In this document: positions 40,446 to 51,026 of the stretch, piece by piece
How the letters are laid out: each line of letters starts with the position of its first letter
Position numbering within the stretch: position 1 is the first letter of the stretch
Source: Acidobacteriota bacterium
Lineage (GTDB): Bacteria; Acidobacteriota; Vicinamibacteria; Vicinamibacterales; UBA823
DNA length: 64,000 bases
Assembly (NCBI GenBank): GCA_002730525.1
Contig: PCAK01000005.1
Location: 1,280 to 65,279, forward strand
Reading direction: 5' to 3'
Made by a program: the position numbers and the translations under genes
The notes under the pieces: model-generated
The model's input: only the letters and a program-made list of their open reading frames with translations
Told to the model about the DNA's origin: nothing
Databases searched by the model: none

Positions 40446-40651
40446 GACAAACCCCCTCTGAGCAGTTCCTCTATGGAGCACAGCTGGGGAGCAAAATCTG
40501 AGATTGGTATGCCACAGACGCCCGGGATCAGCCAGTTTTGGCCGATTTCAGCGCCGCAGGCCCGGCCGGTCGTCGAGGCGGGCCGGAGGTAGAATCCCCG
40601 GATGGCCCCCCGGAGACCCGACCCCGTCGCCGCTCCCGCTGGGAACCAGCC

Positions 40652-41836
40652 GTGACCGACACTGCGGCGCCGCACCGCCAAACCGCTCGGATCCAGGCGA
40701 TCCGGCCACCGATCGTGGCCGTGATCGAACGGCTGCTCGCGTCGACGCCGGGGACGATCTCGCTCGGCCAGGGCATGGTCCGATTCTCTCCGCCGGCAGC
40801 CGCCGCCGAGGCCTTGACCGCGGCCGCCACCGATCCAGAGCTGCATCGTTACGGCGCCGTCGAAGGCCTGCCCTCGCTGATCGACGGCCTCAGGCAGAAG
40901 CTCGCCCGCGACAACGGCATCCAGGTGGACCCGGACAGCCGCGTTGTCGTCACGGCCGGCAGCAACATGGCCTTCGTCAACGCGGTGCTGGCGATTGCCG
41001 ATCCCGGCGACGAAATCATCCTTCCGGTCCCGTTCTACTTCAACCACGAGATGGCGGTCGTCATGGCCGGCTGCCGACCGGTCGCGGTCGCAACCGACGA
41101 GCGCTATCAGCTCGATCTCGATCGGCTCCGTGACGCGATCACGCCGCGGACCCGCGCCATCGTCACGGTGTCGCCGAACAACCCGGCCGGCGTCGTCTAT
41201 CCCGAAGCGGTTCTGCGAGAGGTCAACGCGCTGTGCCGCGACGAAGGGGTGTTTCACATTTCGGACGAGGCCTACGAGTACTTCGTCTTCGACGACGCCC
41301 GCCACTTCTCGCCCGGCAGCCTCGACGGGGCGGCTACCCACACGATCTCGCTCTATTCCTTCTCGAAGGCGTTCGGGTTCGCCGGATGGCGGGTCGGCTA
41401 CATGGTGATCCCGAGTACCCTGGCCGGCGCGGTCGACAAGATTCAGGACACGATCCTGGTGTGCCCGCCCGCCGCAAGCCAGTACGCCGCAATTGGCGCC
41501 CTGACGGTTGGCGCGACCTACTGCCGCGACAGGCTTCCGGAGCTTGCGGCCGCGCGAGCCACACTGCGTGACACGCTGGCCGAAGTGTCGGACTTGTGCG
41601 ACGTACCAGAAGCCAACGGCGCGATGTACTACCTCGCCAAGATTCACGCGCCGATCGGCTCCCTCGACCTCGCCACTCGCCTCATCCGGGAACACGGCGT
41701 GGCCGTAATCCCTGGCAGCGCATTCGGGCTGGACGAGGGCTGCGCGCTCAGGCTCTCCTACGGCGCCGTTGACACGGACGAGGCCGCGGAAGGCGCCACC
41801 CGCCTGGCACGCGGGCTACGCGCCATCCTCAGTTGA
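40652..41836 (+). CDS. Class I/II PLP-dependent aminotransferase
   Basis: ISLGQG, SPNNPAG, SDEAY, SFSKAFGFAGWRVG. Confidence 0.92.
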   Translation: MTDTAAPHRQTARIQAIRPPIVAVIERLLASTPGTISLGQGMVRFSPPAAAAEALTAAATDPELHRYGAVEGLPSLIDGLRQKLARDNGIQVDPDSRVVVTAGSNMAFVNAVLAIADPGDEIILPVPFYFNHEMAVVMAGCRPVAVATDERYQLDLDRLRDAITPRTRAIVTVSPNNPAGVVYPEAVLREVNALCRDEGVFHISDEAYEYFVFDDARHFSPGSLDGAATHTISLYSFSKAFGFAGWRVGYMVIPSTLAGAVDKIQDTILVCPPAASQYAAIGALTVGATYCRDRLPELAAARATLRDTLAEVSDLCDVPEANGAMYYLAKIHAPIGSLDLATRLIREHGVAVIPGSAFGLDEGCALRLSYGAVDTDEAAEGATRLARGLRAILS

Positions 41837-41850
41837 GACCTCGGCGGGAA

Positions 41851-44450
41851 ATGACTCTAGCAGTCCGTGGTGAAAGCGCCGCGTGGCACCGAGACCGTCG
41901 AGGCACCCGCCCTGCAAGGCGCGAAGCGGGAGCATGCCGGAAGTATTCGACCAATGAGCAACGCCGCAGGGCGGGATGGATCGGCGGGCGAATGCAGCGG
42001 GGCTTTCACCACGGGCTGCTAGCCTTGGCACTCTGGCTGGTCGCGAGCATCGGCGCCGTGGCGCAGCCCGCGGGCACGGTCGAAGGCATCATCGTCGACA
42101 CCTCCGACACTCGCCTGGGCGGGGTCACCGTCGCGCTCGGCACCGACGCCGACTCCCCCACCACGTCGACCGATGCCGATGGCACCTTCCAGTTCGTGGG
42201 CGTGCCCCCCGGTCTGTACACGTTGGTGGCGTCCCTCGCGGGATTCGAGGAAGTCCGGCTCGACGACGTGGCGGTCGCGGCCGGCGCCAGGGTCTCGCGC
42301 CGCCTGCTGCTGACGCTATCCGTCACCGAGGACGTCACCGTCGCCGCCGACCCGCTGGCGGCACCGGACGCGGTTCGGGGTGGGGAGACCCAGGTCGTCG
42401 GTCCGACCCTGACCCAGCTCCCGCTGCCGACCGGTAACTTCGAAGACGCCTTGCCTCTGGTGCCGGGTGTCGTGCGCGGCCCGGACGGCCGGCTGAACCT
42501 GGGCGGCACGCGCGCCAGCCAGAGCGCGTTGCTCCTCAACGGCCTCAACGTCACTGACCCGATGACGGGCCAGTTTGCCGTAGGTCTGCCGCTGGATGCC
42601 GTGGCTGCCCTCGACGTCTACACCGGTGTCTACTCTGCGCGATTCGGCAGCGCCACCGGGGGTATCACGAACATCGTCACGCGCCCGGGCGAGGACGAGT
42701 GGAGCACCGAGGTCGAGGACTTCATGCCGCACATCAGGTTTCGCGACGGCAAGATCCGTGGCATCCGATCGTTCGCGCCGCGGGTGCGGGTGGCCGGGCC
42801 GATCAAGGCCGGGTCGCTCTGGCTCTCCCAGTCGGTCAACTACGCCTTCGAGCGGGACCGAGTAGAGGATCTCGAAGCCTTCGAACCCCTGCCCCGCACC
42901 GAGCAGGTGCGCGAGACGTTCAGTGGGCTGACGCAGATCGACTACGCCGCCACACCTGCGCATCGCATGACTTTCACGCTTGCGTGGTTCCCCGGCAATA
43001 TCGACAACGTCCAGATCGACACGCTCCACCCGTTCGACGCGACGCCGGATTCCGAGCAGCGTGGCTGGAGCGGCGCTGTCTCGGACCACCTCGTCCTCGG
43101 GCCGCGAACAACCTTGAACACCTCAGCCGCCGTCAAGGCCTACGACCTGACCGTCCTGCCGAAGACCGCCGACGCGTCACAGGTCACCGTGGATGGGGTC
43201 CGACAGAACTACTTCAACCGACTCAGCCGCGACAGCCGCCGCTACGATCTCGCCACGACGCTGACGGCCGAGCGAGACGGTCCTTCCGGGGGCCATCTCC
43301 TGATGGCCGGCGGGGAATTCACCCACGCGTGGTATCGGGGCGAGACACCAGCCTTCCAGTCGATGTTCGGCGAGCCGATGGTACGCTGGCCCGGCGGATC
43401 GATTTTCACGGCGACCCCACGGTCCGTGCATCGAACAATCAGGTGGCGGTCTTCGGAGAAGACCGATGGTCGCCTGCCAGCAAACTCACGGTGAACCTGG
43501 GCGCCCGGTACGCCTTCGAGCAGATCGCCGGCGAGCACACCCTGGCGCCCAGGCTCGAAGCGTCGCTGCGGCCGTTCGACAGCAACGACACGGTCATCCG
43601 GGGCGGGTTCGGCCGCTTCTATGATCGGCTGCCGCTCATCGCCAGTGACTTCGAGAGCCGCCAGAGCCGGTGCGCGACGACGTTCGGCCTGGAGGGCACC
43701 GGTGCCGAGCCGATATCGAGCGTCGAGTTCGAGAATCGCATCGACGCCGGCGGACTCCGCACACCGCTGAGTGACCTCTGGCACCTGGAACTGCACCGGG
43801 CGATCGACGACGGCATGCAGGTCCGGGTGGGCTATCGCGCGCGGCGCGGCGCGCGCGAACTCGTGGTCGACCCGATCGCCGACACGGAGGAGATGTTGCT
43901 CTCGAACGACGGGACGTCGCGCTCGCATGAACTCGAACTGACCGTCCAGCGCCGACTGCGCGAGGGCGGCGAACTGAACATGTCGTACGTCTGGGCCCGC
44001 ACGTACGGCAACCTGAACGACTTCGTGACGATCTTCGGCGACCAGCGGGACCCGATCGTCCATCGCGACGTGTTCTCGCGCCAACCCTTCGACGCGCCAC
44101 ACCGCGTCGTGATCTGGGGCGTGATGCATCTCCCGAAACAGATCACCATCGCGCCCACGCTCGAGTATCGGACCGGCTTCCCGTACACGGTCGTGGACGA
44201 GGCGCAGCAGGCAGTTGGCGTACGCAACGAGGGCACGTGTTTCCCCAACCTCTTCGCGTTGGACCTGCTGGCCACCAAGGTCGTGAAGTTGACGGATCGG
44301 GTGTCGGCGCGGGTGGGCGTGCAGATCTACAACCTCGGCAGCCACTTCAACCCGCGCGACGTGTACAACAACACGGGCAGCGCGAGATTCGGCTCGTTCG
44401 CCAACAGCGTGACGCAGCGCATCGGGATGCGCTTCGCGCTCGTATTCTAG
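41851..44450 (+). pseudogene. TonB-dependent receptor with N-terminal carboxypeptidase-like domain; MITE in signal peptide, frameshift at ~43337
   Basis: TDADGTFQF..GLY, LPLVPGV, YSARFGSATGG, FGEDRW, FDAPHR, C-terminal F; the two ORFs join with one extra G in TATCGGGGCGAG. Confidence 0.8.
41857..42022. mobile_element. MITE with 21-bp terminal inverted repeats bounded by CTAG
   Basis: CTAGCAGTCCGTGGTGAAAGC ... GCTTTCACCACGGGCTGCTAG (1 mismatch); inner inverted pair CCCGCCCTGC 41906-41915 / GCAGGGCGGG 41966-41975; no transposase. Confidence 0.88.
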
Positions 44451-45634
44451 GAGAGCAGCGCCTTCGCGATCGCCAGATAGCCGGTCCGCGCGCCGAGCAA
44501 CTGGCTGACCTCGAGGTATTCGTCGCAGACGTGGGCGTGGTGCTCCGAGGACGGACCGAAGCCGATCGTCGGCACGCCGGCGGCACCGGCGCTGTAGGCC
44601 GCGTTCGTGCAGAACTGGTAGCTTCGCATCTTCGGATCGGGCTCGAGCGCCGCCTCGCGCAGCCCCGCCAGTGACCGCTGCACGAGCGGGTGCGCGGCGT
44701 CGAGCTCCCACGGCGCGTACCACTTCGGCTCTTCCCAGCGCAGGCCGGTGTAGCTGGTGTAGTTGGTCGTCGCCAGCGAGACGGTCGTGTCCTCGGCGCC
44801 GGCCCGCACGCACGCCTCGCGCATCTCACCGAACAGCGAGTCCTGCGTCTCGCCAGGCAGCAACCGGCGCTCGTAGGTCGCCCGGCATCCGCTCGGAACG
44901 ACCGAATGGGCGGGGTACGGCACGGAGATGACGTCGGTCAGGCACATGACGCCACGGCCGACGAAGGCATCGGTGGGCATCGGGAGCGCCTCGACTTCGG
45001 CGATCACGTCGCGCATCAGGAGCACGGCGTTCACGCCGCGGTCCGGCGTCGACGCGTGCGACGGGCGACCGTGAGTCTCGACGACCAGTTCCGCACGACC
45101 GCGGCCCGCCCTGACGAGTTGCAGTTCCGACGCCTCGCCGATCACGACCCAGTCTGGCGACACCGCCTGCATGACGTGCCGCAGCGCCGCGCCTTCTATC
45201 AACTCCTCGCCGACCGAGGCCGAGACGACCGCGCGCCCCACGAGAGCGTCGCGATCGAGTCCACCAACACCGTGCACCATCGCCGCGAGCGCGCCCTTCA
45301 TATCGGAGCTGCCCCGCCCCAAGATCCGATCGTCCGCCAGCTCGCCGCCGAACGGGTCGCGGGTCCAGCCCTCCCGCGGCAGGATGTCGACCGTATCCAT
45401 GTGCGCGTCGAACAGGAGCGTCGGCCCGTCCCGGCGCCCCTCGACCGTGCCCACGACGTTGCCCGCCTCGTCGGTCGTCACGCGATCGAACCCGAGCCGC
45501 TCCATTTCCTTGCGGACGCACGCGACCATCGCCTGCTCGTGGCCGAGCACGCTGGGAGTCCGGACGAGCGCTCGCGTGAACTCGATGAGTGACTGATCGG
45601 CTAGGCCTGGGGGTATGGCTGGGTCACCGGTCAT
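44447..45634 (-). CDS. M20 family hydrolase (YgeY/ArgE-like)
   Basis: DAHMDTV, GRGSSDMKG, VGEE, GEAS, SHAS, FCTN, AHVCDE. Confidence 0.88.
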   Translation of the reverse strand: MTGDPAIPPGLADQSLIEFTRALVRTPSVLGHEQAMVACVRKEMERLGFDRVTTDEAGNVVGTVEGRRDGPTLLFDAHMDTVDILPREGWTRDPFGGELADDRILGRGSSDMKGALAAMVHGVGGLDRDALVGRAVVSASVGEELIEGAALRHVMQAVSPDWVVIGEASELQLVRAGRGRAELVVETHGRPSHASTPDRGVNAVLLMRDVIAEVEALPMPTDAFVGRGVMCLTDVISVPYPAHSVVPSGCRATYERRLLPGETQDSLFGEMREACVRAGAEDTTVSLATTNYTSYTGLRWEEPKWYAPWELDAAHPLVQRSLAGLREAALEPDPKMRSYQFCTNAAYSAGAAGVPTIGFGPSSEHHAHVCDEYLEVSQLLGARTGYLAIAKALLS

Positions 45635-45654
45635 CGCGGCTCTCCGCACCGTCG

Positions 45655-46818
45655 CTAGGGCCGGCCCATCGTCGGACCGCCCGTCTCGAACTGGCGCGGG
45701 ATCCGGTCCGCCACCTCGGGCAGGGTCGGAAACGCGCCGTGCGGCTCCACCTGATACCAGTACGCCGTCGTATAGAAGTTGTCGGCGCGGTGGTTGCCGT
45801 GGCCGTGCTCGATCGTCACCTTGATCGAATCCTCGAACGTGATCGGCGATTCGGTGTGCAGCCTGTACACCATCCACTTGGCGCCGCGGTCGTCCCCGCC
45901 GTTCATTGGATTGCCGTAGCGCTGAAAATCGAACGTTGGCCTCATGTTGCCAAACGGATTGATGCCGCATCCACCGTAGCACCACGCGCCGAGGTAGTAG
46001 TCCTCCGACCCGGTACCGATGATGCGAGGCGCCGTGTCGCCGTCGATCGTGATCATCTCGTCGCCCTCGCCCCACCAGTCGCCCTGATTCTGCAGGATGC
46101 TGTGGGTGACGCCAACGTAGTGGCCCCGCCCCTGCGCGTCGAGCAAGACGTAGTTGTCGGCGCCATCCGGGTTGCGGCGGCCGCTGACGTTCTCGTCGCC
46201 GTTCAGGGCCCAGTCGGTCGTCCACGCCGGATTCGGCGTGCCCTGGCGATACTGCGCGTGGAAGTACCCGATATCGTCGGGCAGCGTGTCGTGACGCTCG
46301 TAGTCGATGTTGTAGTAGAACGCCGAGATTGGCTCGTCTCCCTCGTGGGTCACGGTAATCCGGGCCGACTCCTGGAAGGGCATCGGAAAGAAGGTGTTCA
46401 GCGCCTTCTGCGAACCAACCGACAGCACGGCCGACTCGTAGAGGAAGTACTCCCCGAGCCCCAACCCGAAGAAGTCGCCGATCGGCGCTTCGACGCTCGG
46501 CGTCGATTCGCCGTCCCAGTACATCCTGAGCACAATCTTCTTCAAGTGTTGCCGCTCCGGCGTCGCGATGGTGATCCAGATATGGCTGAGGATCGCCGGG
46601 CCGTCGATCTCCGCAATCGTGCGGGTCTCACCAGGCTGAATCGGATTCAGCCAGTTGCCATCGTCGTTCGCGCCAGTCCGGTCGTGGCTCGAAACACGAT
46701 GGTTGGTGTAGTCGCGCAGGATGGGCAGCGCGCTCAACTCGGACGACACCGACTGCCCGACGACTGGGGACGCTAGCATCACCATCGCCACCACGAGCCA
46801 CCCACGATGCATCTGCAT
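45655..46818 (-). CDS. Secreted glycoside hydrolase family 172 (DUF2961)
   Basis: SSHDRTGANDD, YWDGE..PSVEAPIGDFFG, PMPF, WWGEGDE, GTGSEDY, IEHGH, AYWYQ. Confidence 0.9.
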   Translation of the reverse strand: MQMHRGWLVVAMVMLASPVVGQSVSSELSALPILRDYTNHRVSSHDRTGANDDGNWLNPIQPGETRTIAEIDGPAILSHIWITIATPERQHLKKIVLRMYWDGESTPSVEAPIGDFFGLGLGEYFLYESAVLSVGSQKALNTFFPMPFQESARITVTHEGDEPISAFYYNIDYERHDTLPDDIGYFHAQYRQGTPNPAWTTDWALNGDENVSGRRNPDGADNYVLLDAQGRGHYVGVTHSILQNQGDWWGEGDEMITIDGDTAPRIIGTGSEDYYLGAWCYGGCGINPFGNMRPTFDFQRYGNPMNGGDDRGAKWMVYRLHTESPITFEDSIKVTIEHGHGNHRADNFYTTAYWYQVEPHGAFPTLPEVADRIPRQFETGGPTMGRP

Positions 46819-46841
46819 ATCCAGTCTCCCTTCAAGAAGTG

Positions 46842-48101
46842 TCAACGAATAGCTCCGGGCTCGGCTGGCGCGAGCCGAGCGGGATCGTGAACACGGCCGT
46901 CCTTCACGACGCGCCACACACGCGCCGTGGCGCGAATGTCTTCGGACGGGTCGGCATCGAGCAGAACGAGATCGGCGAACTGTTCCGCCGCGATGGCCCC
47001 GAGCGTCGACTCTCGGCCGAGCGCGGTCGCCGCCGTGGTCGTGGCACTGCGCAGCGCCTCGGTCGCGGTCAGACCACAGCGCACCAGAAGCGCCAGTTCC
47101 TCGTGCAAGTCGCCTGGCCGGTCGGTGCTCGTGCCGGCGCCGACCAGCACGCCCAGCCTCGCCGCCAGTGCGATCGTGCGACACGCCGCATCGAGGCCAC
47201 GCATCGCCGCGGCCCGATCGCTGAGGCTCCGCGAGCCCGCGAGCTCGCCGCCGGCGATCCGATGCGCCTGGACGAGCGTTGGCGTCCAGACGGTCCGGCT
47301 GGCGGCGAGCCTGCGGAGGAGATCCTGTGTCCGGTCGGATGACGTGTCGAGCTCGGCCCAACGGCGGAAGCCACGCATCGGTGACTCGGCCGAGGCCGGT
47401 TCGATCGGCGGCGGCACCAGGCCGCGGAAGATATCGAGGTGCTCGACGCCGTCGACCTCGAGATCCAGCGCGCGCCCGAGCGCCAGGCCGAGATGCCAGG
47501 TCACCCTGAGGCCCCGCGCGTGCGCTTCCTGGATGGCGAGCTGCGCCTGTGCCGGGGGCGTCGCGGCGTCGAGCTGGACGAGGTCGAGGCCGTCGTCGGC
47601 GGCGGCGGCGATCAGTCGCCGCACCGCGCTGCGCATCTGATCCGTCACCAGGGAGAGCTCGAGGCCGATGAACAGGCGCGGGCCCTCCAGCAGACCGCCA
47701 TCGATCAGGCGCTGCGTCCGGCGCGCGCCGTCGAGCTCGGCGTCCGGGTCGCGAACGGTCGTGACCCCGTGTGCCAGCCAGGCTGCAGGTGACGGCGAGA
47801 CACTCGCCGCATGCTGATGCAGATCGATGAGGCCCGGGATGACGACACGGCCACCAGCGTCGAGTTCGACCGCGGTCGGCGGCGCCACGGCCTCCGCGTC
47901 GGGCCCGACCCATTGGATGACGCCGCCGTGCGCGACGATCGCTCGATCGGCCCCAGGCGAAGGTGTCGTGCCGGCCAGCAGGGTGGCATGCCTGACGACC
48001 AGGTAGGCCGGCTGGCCTCCCGCGGCACCCACCGCCGGGCCGATCGCGATCGCCGTCACGATCCCCGCGAGTACCACGAGTCTCGTTCGCATCGAGTGCA
48101 T
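46842..48101 (-). CDS. Secreted amidohydrolase-superfamily protein (divergent active site)
   Basis: PGLIDLHQH, GVTTVRD, GVEH, WTPT, ADLVLLDADP. Confidence 0.8.
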   Translation of the reverse strand: MHSMRTRLVVLAGIVTAIAIGPAVGAAGGQPAYLVVRHATLLAGTTPSPGADRAIVAHGGVIQWVGPDAEAVAPPTAVELDAGGRVVIPGLIDLHQHAASVSPSPAAWLAHGVTTVRDPDAELDGARRTQRLIDGGLLEGPRLFIGLELSLVTDQMRSAVRRLIAAAADDGLDLVQLDAATPPAQAQLAIQEAHARGLRVTWHLGLALGRALDLEVDGVEHLDIFRGLVPPPIEPASAESPMRGFRRWAELDTSSDRTQDLLRRLAASRTVWTPTLVQAHRIAGGELAGSRSLSDRAAAMRGLDAACRTIALAARLGVLVGAGTSTDRPGDLHEELALLVRCGLTATEALRSATTTAATALGRESTLGAIAAEQFADLVLLDADPSEDIRATARVWRVVKDGRVHDPARLAPAEPGAIR

Positions 48102-48120
48102 GGCGACCCGGCCCGTCCGT

Positions 48121-48678
48121 TCAGCTCGCAGGCTCGAACGCCAGCCGTTGGGGCGCGGCGCCGATGGCCACACCTTCGTGCGCCAGCAACCAGCGTTTGC
48201 GATCGAGGCCGCCACCGTACCCCGTCAAGGCGCCGCCGGCACCGACGACCCGGTGACACGGGACGATGATGCTCGCGGGGTTCCGTCCGACCGCCAGGCC
48301 GACCGCCCGCGCGCCCGTGGGACGTCCGAGTCGGCGCGCCAGCCCACCGTAGGTCTCGGTTCGGCCGTCGCGAACGCGTAGCAGTTCACGCCAGACCGAG
48401 CGCTCGAACGGCGTGCCGCGAAGGTCGAGCTCGATGGCGTCGTGCGGTGGAGCGTCGCCGGCGAAATAGAGGCCGAGCCAGGTGCGGATCGGCTCGTGTG
48501 CCGCGGTCGCACCCTCGACGACCTCGGCCTCGGGAAACCACCGCCGCAATCGGGCATCGAGCAGGCGACGCCGCTCCGGCCGCGGATACTCCAGGGCACA
48601 AAGTCCGGTGTCCGATACCGCGGCGATGATCTCCCCCAGTGGGGTCGACAGTGGGTGCATGGCGATGCGGCTGCTCAT
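48121..48678 (-). CDS. ogt: Methylated-DNA--protein-cysteine methyltransferase
   Basis: GTPFERSVW, ARAVG, IVPCHRV, GYGGG. Confidence 0.93.
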   Translation of the reverse strand: MSSRIAMHPLSTPLGEIIAAVSDTGLCALEYPRPERRRLLDARLRRWFPEAEVVEGATAAHEPIRTWLGLYFAGDAPPHDAIELDLRGTPFERSVWRELLRVRDGRTETYGGLARRLGRPTGARAVGLAVGRNPASIIVPCHRVVGAGGALTGYGGGLDRKRWLLAHEGVAIGAAPQRLAFEPAS

Positions 48679-48799
48679 CGGGAGACCCGCAGGTCCGTGA
48701 CCCGCGGCCGCTATCATCGCCTCCTGGACGAGGTTCGGCAAGCGTGACTCGATCCCGGGCAGCGCGGCAGGCAGTGCAAGGAAGGGTGAACCCGGCGGG

Positions 48800-49696
48800 C
48801 TATCGATCGCCGTCGCTCAGGACGGCCATCAGCGACAGCGGGTCGACTCGGGCCGTGTTCAGGCGCACGGTCCAGTGCAGATGCGGTCCGGTGACGCGCC
48901 CCGTGGCGCCGACGTCGCCGATGATGTCGCCGGGGTCGACCCTATCGCCCTCGGCCACGCCAATCCGCGACAGATGCGCAAAGAACGAGTAGAGGCCCAG
49001 GCCGTGATCGATGATGACGCAGTTGCCCGAGAAGTACAGATCTTCGGCGAGGACGACCGTTCCGGAATTCGGTGCCTGAACCGGCGTGCCCTCGCCCGCC
49101 CGAAAGTCGGCTCCGCTGTGCGGACTGCGGGCCTGACCATTGAAGACGCTGCGCCGCCCGAAGGCGCTCGTCGCTTCTCCCGGGACCGGACGGAGGAAGC
49201 CGCCGCGCCAGTGTGCCACCGGTGTCGGCGTGTTGAAGAGCTCGGTCGTCCGGGCCGCTTCCCGCTGAATCCGCTCGACGACGTCGTCTGGGGGTGTCAC
49301 GTACTCGGGCGCGACGGTGAGGCGCCGCGTCGCGAAGGCCTTGCTCACGATCGCCAGCGGGTACTGCGCCCGCGCCATCGCGCCATCGGGCGCGGTGCCC
49401 GCGATCGAGAGCGCGTGCGCGTGCACGTCGACGTCGAGATCGATGCCGACGAGGCCTTCCCACGTGCGTCGATCGCCGGTCGGCTGGAACGCCACCGTGC
49501 GATCGAACACGGCGGCGCGGACGGCGCTCACCGGGCGCGAAAACGTCGCGGTGACCCGCACCACCTCGCCCGGCTGAATCGATCGAGCGCGATGCGTCAC
49601 ATCGACGTGCAGCTCGGCTTCCTGCGATGCCGCAGGCCAGGCCTCGGTGACGACCAGCGCCACGAGCGCGATCGAGATGGTCAGCGGGGTTCGCAT
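48800..49696 (-). CDS. Secreted M23 metallopeptidase
   Basis: HSGAD, IDHG, HLS, GRVTGPHLHW. Confidence 0.92.
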   Translation of the reverse strand: MRTPLTISIALVALVVTEAWPAASQEAELHVDVTHRARSIQPGEVVRVTATFSRPVSAVRAAVFDRTVAFQPTGDRRTWEGLVGIDLDVDVHAHALSIAGTAPDGAMARAQYPLAIVSKAFATRRLTVAPEYVTPPDDVVERIQREAARTTELFNTPTPVAHWRGGFLRPVPGEATSAFGRRSVFNGQARSPHSGADFRAGEGTPVQAPNSGTVVLAEDLYFSGNCVIIDHGLGLYSFFAHLSRIGVAEGDRVDPGDIIGDVGATGRVTGPHLHWTVRLNTARVDPLSLMAVLSDGDR

Positions 49697-49765
49697 ACGA
49701 CGACTATCGGCGGCCTGTGGACCCTCCTGTATGCTCGCGCCGCATCCAGCGGTCGGGACGCCGCG

Positions 49766-50743
49766 CTAGCCCTCGGATGCGCGCAGCGCCAGCCGCGCGT
49801 CCCGCACCACCGCGTCGGCGATCTTCCGGCTCACGCGATCCAGCCGTGCCCCAGCCTTGTCGCGCGACAGCGCGGCGGGCTCGGGCTGTTCGACGATAAC
49901 GACGTAGACGACGACCCCTTCAGGCAGGTCCCAGAAGCCCGAGCGGATCCGGACTAGCGGATCGCTGTTCAGGCTGCCGCTCTTGAAGTAGTGGCCGCGC
50001 CCCGTGCCGTCGTCGTCGGGCACGCGCATGATCTCCCGAATCGCCGACGCCGTGTCCTCATCGACACCGGGCACCCGGCGCGACGCGATCCGCTGCAGGA
50101 CCGCTGCCAGGGACGCGGCCGTCGCCTCGTTGTCGCCGTCCACGTCACGCGCCGCTAGCATGTAGCGGCGCGCGGTCAGCCCGTCGAACGCCGCGTCTCG
50201 CGCGTGAATCCGGCCGGTCAGCGCCTCCGGACCGCCCAGCAACGCCGTGACGACATTCGCGGCGGCGTTGTAGACCGCGTTCGACACATCGGTCCCTCGA
50301 ATCATCATCTGCCCGATCCGCCGGGCCGACGCCCCGTCGATCTCGGCCTGGATCTCCTCGAGTTGGTCGGCATCGAAGTGGGCCACCGCCGGATGGGTCG
50401 CGTCGGCCACGATATCGGCCGCGCCCTCGACCGGCGCATCGAGTGCTGCACGATGCTGATCGAACCATTCGACGAGGTAGGCCGTCTTGATGGCGCTCGC
50501 GGCGGCGTGCACCGTGGCGGGCTCGCGGGTGAACGAGGGCGCCCCACCCAGTCCGCCAACCCAGACACTGGCGGCCATGCCGTCGGACCGACCGGGTTCG
50601 AGCAGCGCGTCGAGGCTAGCGTCCAGCGCCGCTACATCGATACCGGGCGCCCCGACGGTGACACCCTCGCCCGCCGGCCCGCCGCACGCGGCCAGCGAGC
50701 ACGCGAGCACCAGGTTCGCCGCCAGACGCAGAGCACGGAACAT
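49766..50743 (-). CDS. Serine hydrolase lipoprotein, class A beta-lactamase/PBP-like fold
   Basis: Lipobox LAAC, ASAIK (SxxK), NEAT, KSGS. Confidence 0.7.
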   Translation of the reverse strand: MFRALRLAANLVLACSLAACGGPAGEGVTVGAPGIDVAALDASLDALLEPGRSDGMAASVWVGGLGGAPSFTREPATVHAAASAIKTAYLVEWFDQHRAALDAPVEGAADIVADATHPAVAHFDADQLEEIQAEIDGASARRIGQMMIRGTDVSNAVYNAAANVVTALLGGPEALTGRIHARDAAFDGLTARRYMLAARDVDGDNEATAASLAAVLQRIASRRVPGVDEDTASAIREIMRVPDDDGTGRGHYFKSGSLNSDPLVRIRSGFWDLPEGVVVYVVIVEQPEPAALSRDKAGARLDRVSRKIADAVVRDARLALRASEG

Positions 50744-50801
50744 GGTCAGTGTCCGCCGTCTCCCGACGCCACGGAACGGTCGGGACACGCCGCCTGGTAG
50801 G

Positions 50802-51026
50802 TCAGTACACGCGGCCTGGCACGGTCGCGGCCGGCGGGTCCCCGGCAACGATCGTCGCGCCCAACTCCGTCACCGCAGCGTTCGCCATCGCCCAGTCGAG
50901 ATCGGGCGTGTACCCGCTGGGCTCGAAGTCCAGCAGTTCCAGGCTCTCGACGAATAGCTGGTCGTCGCATGTCCAGACGCCGTGCTCCACCGTGGCCGTG
51001 GTCAGTCCGAGCTTGATCGTCACCAT
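50802..51026 (-). CDS. Small acidic hypothetical protein (74 aa), phage-like
   Basis: Non-shadow composition, GYTPDLD and PGRVY C-terminus; TGATG coupling to an upstream fragment. Confidence 0.55.
   Translation of the reverse strand: MVTIKLGLTTATVEHGVWTCDDQLFVESLELLDFEPSGYTPDLDWAMANAAVTELGATIVAGDPPAATVPGRVY

Noticed and set aside
40450..40560. Sigma54 promoter or ncRNA in the AT-richer divergent gap
   Set aside because: TGGCA and TTGC spacing does not fit -24/-12; no convincing structure
10835..44450. Programmed -1 ribosomal frameshifting at the four broken genes
   Set aside because: No canonical X_XXY_YYZ A/U slippery heptamers; mutation or sequencing error is simpler
44447..47913. Long N-terminal extensions or fusions in ORFs 44447-46225, 45655-47913, 29984-31972, 34886-37579, 22512-24182
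   Set aside because: Extensions overlap other real genes; internal starts with RBS or signal peptides explain the proteins
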